Position numbers and translations under genes: made by a program | Notes under the pieces: generated by a model | What the model saw: the letters and a program-made list of their open reading frames with translations, nothing else | Database searches by the model: none | Told to the model about the DNA's origin: nothing | Shown: piece by piece, positions 38,659 through 45,797 of the stretch | Numbering within the stretch: position 1 is the first letter of the stretch | How the letters are laid out: each line of letters begins with the position of its first letter | Assembly: GCA_964598205.1 (NCBI GenBank) | Contig: CAZRBB010000004.1 | Coordinates: 2,324-66,323, forward strand | DNA: 64,000 nt | Source of the DNA: an uncultured Candidatus Saccharibacteria bacterium | Lineage (GTDB): Bacteria > Patescibacteriota > Minisyncoccia > CAIUEV01 > JAHKAQ01 | Direction: 5' to 3'

Positions 38659-40155
38659 ATGGCTTACAAAACTCGAATTGGTTTAGAGATTCATATTCAG
38701 CCAGAAACAGAGAGTAAAATGTTCTGTCGTTGCCCCAATGAATTTAATCCGGGGGAGCCAAATAAAAATATTTGCGAAATTTGTACTGGTCAGCCAGGAA
38801 CTCTACCGGCGGTTAATGAAGTAGCGGTAAGGGCGATTGTTAAGGCAGGAATGGCTTTGAATTGTTCTATTAATCGCCGAGCGCATTGGGATCGCAAGCA
38901 TTATTTTTATCCCGATTTGCCAAAAGGGTATCAGCTAACCCAAAATACAACACCTTTTTGTATTGGTGGATTTTTAGATGTGGATTACGAAGACAAAACT
39001 GGGGCAAAAAAAATCAAGCGAGTAGAAATTAATCGAATTCATTTAGAGGAAGATGCGGGGAAGGATTTGCATCCTGCTGGCGCTAATTATTCTTTGATTG
39101 ACTTAAATCGTGCTGGGGCGCCATTGATTGAACTAGTCACCGAGCCGGTAATAGAGAGCAAGGAACAGGCGACCGCTTTTTGCAAATCTTTACGGCAAAT
39201 TTTTCGCTATCTGAACATTTCTGCGGCGGACATGGAAAAAGGTCAAATGCGTTGTGAAGTGAATATTAGCTTAGAAGAAGAAGGAAAAGATCTTTCGGGA
39301 GTAAAAGTGGAAGTAAAGAATATTAACTCTTTTAAAGGTGTTTTAAAAAGCATTGCCTACGAAGAAGATCGGCAGAAAGAACTTTTGGAAAAAGGAGAAA
39401 AGATTGTGCCAGAAACTAGAGGCTGGGATGCTGATGCCGGCGTTACTATCTCTCAGCGGGCCAAAGAAGAAGCTTACGATTATCGTTATTTTCCAGACCC
39501 AGATATTCCGCCGGTTAATATTAACGACGAACTTTTTTTAGAGATTAAAAATTCACTTTCAGAATTACCAGGAGAAAAGAAAAAACGATTTTGTGCGGAC
39601 TATAAAATACCAGAACTCTTGGCTAATGATTTGGTTCTAGAAAAATCAGCGGCAGAATTTTTTGAAAATATTGTTTCAGAGATAGATAGTTTTTTAAAGG
39701 ATGAGAAAAAATTAAAACAAGAGTTAAGAGATAGAACGATTATTTTGGCGGCCAATTATTTTTCTACAGAAGTTTTTCGTTTGGCGGCTATGTCGGGCAT
39801 TGATTTTTCCGAATTCAAAATGACGAGTGAAAACTTTGCCGAACTAATGTTGATCATTGCCAAGGGAGAGATTAATTCTTCTGCGGCTCAAAAGATATTA
39901 AAAGAAATGTTTAGTTCGGGCGGTGACCCTTCGCAAATTATTGAGCGGGATAATTTAAAAATAGAAAAAGACTCGGGATTAGTTCTAGAAAAAGTAAAAG
40001 AGGTTCTTTTGGAAAATTCGGCCGCTAAGAGTGATTATCTTTCTGGGAAAGAAAAAGCATTGCAGTTTCTTTTGGGCCAAGTAATGGCCAAAACAAAAGG
40101 CAAGGCAGAACCCAAAGAAGCGCTAGAAATGTTGAAAAAGGAAATGGTGCAATAA
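38659..40155 (+). CDS. gatB: Asp/Glu-tRNA(Asn/Gln) amidotransferase subunit B
   Basis: MAYKTRIGLEIHIQ, FCRCPNEF, and GQPGTLPAVNE. C-terminal YqeY-like domain. Confidence 0.92.
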   Translation: MAYKTRIGLEIHIQPETESKMFCRCPNEFNPGEPNKNICEICTGQPGTLPAVNEVAVRAIVKAGMALNCSINRRAHWDRKHYFYPDLPKGYQLTQNTTPFCIGGFLDVDYEDKTGAKKIKRVEINRIHLEEDAGKDLHPAGANYSLIDLNRAGAPLIELVTEPVIESKEQATAFCKSLRQIFRYLNISAADMEKGQMRCEVNISLEEEGKDLSGVKVEVKNINSFKGVLKSIAYEEDRQKELLEKGEKIVPETRGWDADAGVTISQRAKEEAYDYRYFPDPDIPPVNINDELFLEIKNSLSELPGEKKKRFCADYKIPELLANDLVLEKSAAEFFENIVSEIDSFLKDEKKLKQELRDRTIILAANYFSTEVFRLAAMSGIDFSEFKMTSENFAELMLIIAKGEINSSAAQKILKEMFSSGGDPSQIIERDNLKIEKDSGLVLEKVKEVLLENSAAKSDYLSGKEKALQFLLGQVMAKTKGKAEPKEALEMLKKEMVQ

Positions 40156-40167
40156 AGTATAAAAATA

Positions 40168-40507
40168 AAGAGTCTGATTGGTGTATTTTCTTGGGAGACG
40201 CTCGATTTTTTTCCAGCGAAAAATCTCGCTAAATAATATTGGAAAAATTTCCAAAATAAATTTTGGAACCAAGCAATTTTTCCAATATATTCTCCCAAGA
40301 AGACACACCAATCAGACTCTTATATAATTTATTATTCGGTCGGAGTTCGTTCGGCCTCGACCGGTCCTCGCTCCACCTTGTTCCTGTTCTGTTTTGTCTA
40401 AAAAGCTTGAAGTTTGGCAGGGTGGGACCAAGGAGCCTCCTCAAAGAATATTAGCTTGGAAAATAAAAAGCCTGGTTAGTATATTCTCCCAAGAAGATAT
40501 ACCAATC
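40168..40507. repeat. Complex repeat region between convergent gatB and rpsP. Three copies of a roughly 34-bp sequence (one inverted, two direct) bracket the family-A copy A8 at about 40321-40460
   Basis: AAGAGTCTGATTGGTGTATTTTCTTGGGAGA (40168-). Its reverse complement ATATTCTCCCAAGAAGACACACCAATCAGACTCTT (40286-40320). A direct copy TATATTCTCCCAAGAAGATATACCAATCAGGCTTTT (40472-40507). Confidence 0.65.
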
Positions 40508-40532
40508 AGGCTTTTATTATAGAGTAAACAAT

Positions 40533-40964
40533 TTATTTTTCGGTTGGAGTTTTTTCGGTTGGAGTTTCTTTGATTTCTTTGGCTGTTTCGGTATTTGGAG
40601 AGGTTTCTGGAGCTGTTGTTTCTGGATTGGTTACGGCTGGAGTAGTGGGCGTGGCGGCGGGAGTATTCGGGGTAGTAGTTTCTTCTCCTTCTTTCTTTTT
40701 CTTTCTAAAAACAACTTTTCTCTTTGGTCCTTCTATAATTTTTTCTTTAACAAAGAGATTATGAACGGTGTCGCTGGTCTGGGCACCATTTTTAATCCAA
40801 TGAAGGATCCGTTCTTTTTTGAATTGGTTTATTTTTTGATGAGGATTCACGGAACCTAGGATTTCTAAAAACTTACCAGAAGCGGCTTTGCTTTTTTCTG
40901 CTACAACCAAGCGGTAATAAGCTTGATTCTTTTTGCCGACTCTTTGTAATCTGATAATCAACAT
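40533..40964 (-). CDS. rpsP: 30S ribosomal protein S16 with Pro/Thr-rich C-terminal extension
   Basis: MLIIRLQRVGKKNQAYYRLVVAEKSKAASGKFLE... The start is set at the ATG (MLIIRL) that matches S16 N-termini. The six-frame ORF begins 24 nt upstream at 40988. Low-complexity tail TTTPNTPAATPTTPAVTNPETTAPETSPNTE. Confidence 0.85.
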   Translation of the reverse strand: MLIIRLQRVGKKNQAYYRLVVAEKSKAASGKFLEILGSVNPHQKINQFKKERILHWIKNGAQTSDTVHNLFVKEKIIEGPKRKVVFRKKKKEGEETTTPNTPAATPTTPAVTNPETTAPETSPNTETAKEIKETPTEKTPTEK

Positions 40965-41070
40965 AAAAAATAAAAAATATTTAGACAACTAAAAAAAGAG
41001 GAAATAAAATTAATCTCTTTTGGATAGTAGATTAAAGAGTTGGTTCCGTCAATATAATCGTGAATTTTTA

Positions 41071-41232
41071 ATTACGAATTTTGAATTTCGATTAAAATTA
41101 GAATAATTAATTTAAAAACAAAAATATTATTGCGTACTTCCAGAAACTAAATCCGTTAGAATAGATTTAAGTCAAGATTGATTTTAAAATTCGAATTTCA
41201 GATTTTATTCAAAATTAAAAATTCGTAATTCT
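41071..41232. repeat. Family-D AT-rich palindromic element (copy with perfect arms GAATTACGAATTTT / AAAATTCGTAATTC)
   Basis: AATTACGAATTTTGAATTTCGATTAAAATTAGAAT ... AAAATTCGAATTTCAGATTTTATTCAAAATTAAAAATTCGTAATTC. Confidence 0.6.
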
Positions 41233-41283
41233 AAATTTAGAAAGTCTCTTTCCTATTTTAAAGGAGAACGCTAAGCTCTGATT

Positions 41284-41994
41284 ATGATAGAAGAAGATTC
41301 AATTTATAATTCGGTTAAGAAAAATTACAATCAAGGCGCTTGGGAGTTTTCGCGTTCTCGCACTTTCTTTTTTAGGGACTTAGAATTTATTAAAAATTAT
41401 CCTAAAAAAGAAGATAAAATTTTAGATTTTGGTTGTGGCAATGGGCGATTAATTGATTTTTTAAAAACTGACCCCAGTAATTATTGGGGAGTCGATGTTT
41501 CGGTGGAAATGCTTTGGGTAGCCAGAAAAATAAATCCCAATCATCGGTTCTTTTTAATCAAGAAGAAATTAGAAGAAACTCTTTCCAAGAATACTGAGTT
41601 TGATTTTATTTTTTCCGTTGGTGTTTTTCATCATCTACCTCCGGGAGAAAAAAGAAAAAAGATTGTTCAAGAAATATTCTCTTTTTTAAAACCAGGCGGT
41701 CGACTTTTTGTTTCCGTTTGGGATCTTGGTGGCGAGCGTTATGCTAAATTCCTAGAAGATAAGAAAGAGGCTTTAATTCCTTTTCGTTCTGGATCTGGTA
41801 ATGTCATTTTTGAGCGCTATTGCTATTCTTTTTCCCTAAAGGAATTGATTGGTATTCTAGAGGAGGCGGGATTTGTATTAGTTGAAAGCGGAAAGACCAA
41901 AAGGAACGGTAAACCGGCCAATATTTTTTGCTTAGTAGAAAAACCAATGGAAAAAAATGGTGATAAAAAAGAAACGAAAGAGTTAAAAGAATAG
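41284..41994 (+). CDS. Class I SAM-dependent methyltransferase
   Basis: Motif I ILDFGCGNGRLIDFL. Motif post-I WGVDVS. Motif II/III region. Confidence 0.75.
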   Translation: MIEEDSIYNSVKKNYNQGAWEFSRSRTFFFRDLEFIKNYPKKEDKILDFGCGNGRLIDFLKTDPSNYWGVDVSVEMLWVARKINPNHRFFLIKKKLEETLSKNTEFDFIFSVGVFHHLPPGEKRKKIVQEIFSFLKPGGRLFVSVWDLGGERYAKFLEDKKEALIPFRSGSGNVIFERYCYSFSLKELIGILEEAGFVLVESGKTKRNGKPANIFCLVEKPMEKNGDKKETKELKE

Positions 41995-42058
41995 AAATGT
42001 TTTTAGATGGATTTTATAAAATTTTTATATTTAGCTGGTTAAATAACTGTTGTTAACA

Positions 42059-43831
42059 ATGAGTTCCTTAGCAGAAAAAATAATTAGCTTAGCTTGGGAA
42101 AGAAAAATTTCTTCCGAAGAAGAGTTAAAATATCTTAAAAGAGAAGCAGCCAAGGGTGGCAAGGAGAACATTCCTAATAATCGGGAATTGGGTCGTGCCT
42201 ATTCTAAGCTTTTGGCGGAGGGGACTATTTCCCCTGATCCAATACTAGTAGATCTTTTGGTGCTAAAAAGAACTCGCACGCTTTCTGGTGTTTCTGTGGT
42301 AGCGACTTTAACGGCCTCTTATCCCTGTCGTAATCAATGCCTGTATTGTCCAGAAGAAAACAAAATGCCTAAAAGCTATCTTTCTAATGAGCCGGCAGTA
42401 ATGCGAGCAATCAAGCTTGATTTTGATCCTTATCTTCAGGTTCAAAAAAGAATAGGAGCCTTAGAATTAAATGGCCACGATGCTTCTAAGGTGGAGCTGA
42501 TTATTATGGGGGGGACTTTTTCTCATTTGCCAGTGCTTTACCAATATTGGTTTGTTTTGAACTGTTTTTTGGCGGCTAATGCTTTTAGCGGTTCAAAGAA
42601 AAATTCAAAGGTTAGAGCACTTAATTTAGAGGCAAAAAATATTTTGAAAAAATATTTTTTAAGGGCTAAAGAGGAAATGTTTGTTGCAGGAAGGTCGCTG
42701 ACCAAAAACAAGAAAAAGATTAAGCCGAGTTCTAAAATTGCAGAAAAAGAAAAAGACTGTTTTTTAAAAGATGATGGAAAGATTTTGGCAAAAATTAAAA
42801 TGGCTCTTTTGGCGGCTCAAAAAGAAAATCAAATCGCTAAGCACCGAATAGTGGGGCTTACCTTAGAAACCAGACCAGATTCCATAAATTTAAAAGAGCT
42901 AGTTAGATTCAGAAAGCTGGGCTGTACTCGCGTGGAAATAGGAGTGCAGTCGGTATTTACCAGGGTTCTTAAAAAAAATGAACGGGGACATGGTCGGCAA
43001 GAAATTATTAAAGCAACACAGCTTTTAAAAGAATTGGGTTTTAAAATAAACTATCACTTAATGCCTGGTCTTTGGGGATCTTCTTTTAAGTTGGATCAAA
43101 AACTTTTTGGCGAGGTGTTTAGCAATCAAGTTTTTCGGCCGGATATGTTAAAAATTTATCCTTGTGTGGTAGTAGCTGGATCGCCCTTGTTTTCTATTTG
43201 GCAACAAGGTCTTTACCATCCTTATTCTAACGATGAATTATTTCGGCTTTTGGCTTTTGTTAAAAAGAGGATTCCACGCTATGTGCGGATTGCCAGGGTG
43301 ATTAGAGACATTCCTACTGATTCAATTGTGGCTGGTCCCAACATTCCCAATTTAAGGGAAATGCTTAAAAAAAGAGGAGTGGTTTGCCAATGTATTCGTT
43401 GCCGAGAAGCGGGAAGAATTGTTTGGGAAAAATCGGCTCCTGTAAAATTAAAAAGAACTAATTACAAAGCTTCTGGTGGGCAAGAAATATTTTTAGAATT
43501 TTTAACCAAAGAAGCTCTACATGCTTTTTTACGATTAAGAATTCCTGCTTTTATTCTTAAAAAGAAACCAACACCACTCAAAGAGTTAAAAGGAGCGGCA
43601 ATGATTAGAGAAGTTCATTCTTATGGTCAGGTGGCGCCGATTGGAGAAAAAATAAAAGGCACTTCTCAACACCAAGGATTCGGCAAACGGTTAATTAAGG
43701 AAGCCGAAAAAATTGTTAAGGAAGAATACAAATTAAAAAAAATCGCGGTGATTGCCGCGGAAGGAACTAAAGAATATTATTTTTCTTTGGGATTTAAGGA
43801 AGAGGGACTTTATCTAATGAAGGAAATCTAA
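42059..43831 (+). CDS. Elp3-like radical SAM + GNAT enzyme (tRNA wobble-uridine carboxymethyl synthase family)
   Basis: N-terminal CRNQCLYCP (CxxxCxxC). Radical SAM core. C-terminal GNAT motif QHQGFGKRLIKEAEKI. The start is set at the ATG (MSSLAEK). The six-frame ORF begins at a TTG 9 nt upstream at 42050. Confidence 0.75.
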   Translation: MSSLAEKIISLAWERKISSEEELKYLKREAAKGGKENIPNNRELGRAYSKLLAEGTISPDPILVDLLVLKRTRTLSGVSVVATLTASYPCRNQCLYCPEENKMPKSYLSNEPAVMRAIKLDFDPYLQVQKRIGALELNGHDASKVELIIMGGTFSHLPVLYQYWFVLNCFLAANAFSGSKKNSKVRALNLEAKNILKKYFLRAKEEMFVAGRSLTKNKKKIKPSSKIAEKEKDCFLKDDGKILAKIKMALLAAQKENQIAKHRIVGLTLETRPDSINLKELVRFRKLGCTRVEIGVQSVFTRVLKKNERGHGRQEIIKATQLLKELGFKINYHLMPGLWGSSFKLDQKLFGEVFSNQVFRPDMLKIYPCVVVAGSPLFSIWQQGLYHPYSNDELFRLLAFVKKRIPRYVRIARVIRDIPTDSIVAGPNIPNLREMLKKRGVVCQCIRCREAGRIVWEKSAPVKLKRTNYKASGGQEIFLEFLTKEALHAFLRLRIPAFILKKKPTPLKELKGAAMIREVHSYGQVAPIGEKIKGTSQHQGFGKRLIKEAEKIVKEEYKLKKIAVIAAEGTKEYYFSLGFKEEGLYLMKEI

Positions 43832-43852
43832 TGAATTTTAAATTTTAATTAA

Positions 43853-44073
43853 TAGCTTTTCTGAAATATCGTTCTTCTCGGAGTACGCTCGGCCTCGACC
43901 GGGTCTCGCTCCACCTTGTTCCTGTTTTATTTCACCTAAAAAGCCTAAAGCTTTATAGAAACCAGAAGAGTATTTATTCAGTAGACTAAGAGCCTTGTCT
44001 ACTGAATAAATACTCTTCTGGTTTCTATGGCGGGAACAAGGAGCCTCCTTGAAGAACATTATTTCAGAAAAGC
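43853..44073. repeat. Family-A element, copy A9 (with nested family-C hairpin 43959-44030)
   Basis: GGAGTACGCTCGGCCTCGACCGGGTCTCGCTCCACCTTGTTCCTG...CTAAAAAGCCTAAAGC...[hairpin]...GGCGGGAACAAGGAGCCTCCTTGAAGAAC. Outer arms GCTTTTCTGAAATATCGTTCTTC / GAAGAACATTATTTCAGAAAAGC. Confidence 0.7.
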
Positions 44074-44116
44074 TTATTTTGAAATTCAAAATTCGTTATT
44101 CAAAATTAGATAGGGG

Positions 44117-45232
44117 TTATTTCTTACTTTGATTTTTGATTTCGGCGATAATTTTGATCTCTGCCTCTAAGAGGCGATCTGGAGTTTCGAATAAAACAAC
44201 GCCCTCCCAATCAACTCCCTTAAATTCTTTTAAGAAAAAATCAGCGAGAGCACCTTGGAACAAGCCTCTGGTCGGAGCATTGGGACTTTCCCAAAGAAGC
44301 ATTAAATTTTCTTCTTTGGAGCAGTTGTTTTTTATTTTATTAAAAACTGCGCGAATTTCTTCGGTTTTAAAATTGGTTTCTTCTAGATCTTTTCGGTGAG
44401 CAATTGTCCAAGAAAAATTGGCTTCGTTTAGGCGACGAAGACGGGCCATTAAGCGACCCCAAAAACGGATGATCGATAAATTTTGTGTTTTATAAAGACG
44501 GCGGACTATTTCCTGATGATCGGCTCCGCTATCTATTAACTTGGCAGCGGCAGTGAGGGAATTAGGAGTAGTGCGAGGAGACTGGAAGCTTTCGGTGGCT
44601 TCTAAGATTCCGGCGTAGAAACAGCCAGCTGCTACCGGTGGGATAGTGATTTGGTTTTTAAAGAAAAAACGGGTCACCAGTTCCGAAATACCTGAACATT
44701 TGGGGTCTACTAAATTTATTTGTCCATATTGTTCGTTTTCAATATTGCAGTCTAAATTAACCACCGGAACTTCAAAAAACAAATCGGCGTTTTGGGAGAA
44801 GCATTCGCCAACGGCTTCTAAATCAGTGGCTCCTAAAATAATTACCAAGTCGTATTTGAATTGGCCAAGAGAAAAGAAAAAATCTTTGGGATTGATTGCT
44901 CCTTTTTGGGGAGTGATAAAAATATTTAATCGATCTGATTCTTTTTCGTAATGAACATTGCTGATTTTATTTTCAGAGGTGTTAAATGACAAAACAAATT
45001 GACGAATATTTTCTAATTGGTGTTTTATTTTTTCGGTGTTGGGAAAAAAACGAAAGCGTTGAGGTAGTCGTCCGGGGAAGGCGAGGGTGGCTTTTTTATT
45101 TTGATCTAAAATAAAGTTATAAATTCCTAATCCACAGAGAATTACTTCGGACGGAGAATTTTCGGGAACAATAATTACCGGGTGCTTCGCTTTGGCGATT
45201 TGATTTTTCAAGGATTCTTCTTTATTTTCCAT
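44117..45232 (-). CDS. DHH/DHHA1-like phosphoesterase paralog with degenerate DHH motif
   Basis: NrnA-like length and layout, with a DHHA1-like C-terminus. The position of the canonical DHH box reads NLDCNIENE (DCN instead of DHH). Confidence 0.45.
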   Translation of the reverse strand: MENKEESLKNQIAKAKHPVIIVPENSPSEVILCGLGIYNFILDQNKKATLAFPGRLPQRFRFFPNTEKIKHQLENIRQFVLSFNTSENKISNVHYEKESDRLNIFITPQKGAINPKDFFFSLGQFKYDLVIILGATDLEAVGECFSQNADLFFEVPVVNLDCNIENEQYGQINLVDPKCSGISELVTRFFFKNQITIPPVAAGCFYAGILEATESFQSPRTTPNSLTAAAKLIDSGADHQEIVRRLYKTQNLSIIRFWGRLMARLRRLNEANFSWTIAHRKDLEETNFKTEEIRAVFNKIKNNCSKEENLMLLWESPNAPTRGLFQGALADFFLKEFKGVDWEGVVLFETPDRLLEAEIKIIAEIKNQSKK

Positions 45233-45309
45233 TTTTGTTAACCTTTGGGTGATTCAATGTTCGCCAAAAAATATTATGCTAGAATAGCAAAAAGAAATGA
45301 TAAGTCAAA

Positions 45310-45795
45310 ATGGCTAAAATAAAGGAAAAATCAAAAAGAGGGAAACAAGAAACGGTTTCTCTTTTAAAAATCTTTACCGCCAAGGAGCCGGCTGATTTTT
45401 GTTTGCCGGCGGTTTTTTTGGCCAAGGCCTCTGGGGGCCGAGGATTAATCGCTCTTTACGGCGATCTGGGTAGCGGGAAAACGACCTTGGTGCGTTTTTT
45501 GGGGAAGGAATTAAAAGTGAAAGGTTTGCCAAATAGCCCCACCTTTAATATTTTAAAAACCTATTCTTTTCCTAGGGGAAAGACGCTTTACCATTTAGAT
45601 TTTTATCGCCTAAAAACGCCACAAGAAATTCTAGATCTGGGATTTAAGGAATGGTTTTTAGATAAAAATGGTCTTTTGGTGGTAGAATGGCCGGAGATAT
45701 TAGGAGAACACTTGCCGGCGCCACGATTAGAAGTAAGAATTGATTTTAAAAACGAATCACGAGAAATAAAGATTTTTAGGGTTACTAATTGTTAA
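45310..45795 (+). CDS. tsaE: tRNA threonylcarbamoyladenosine biosynthesis protein TsaE
   Basis: ALYGDLGSGKTTLVRFL and HLDFYRL motifs. 161 aa. Confidence 0.8.
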   Translation: MAKIKEKSKRGKQETVSLLKIFTAKEPADFCLPAVFLAKASGGRGLIALYGDLGSGKTTLVRFLGKELKVKGLPNSPTFNILKTYSFPRGKTLYHLDFYRLKTPQEILDLGFKEWFLDKNGLLVVEWPEILGEHLPAPRLEVRIDFKNESREIKIFRVTNC

Positions 45796-45797
45796 TA

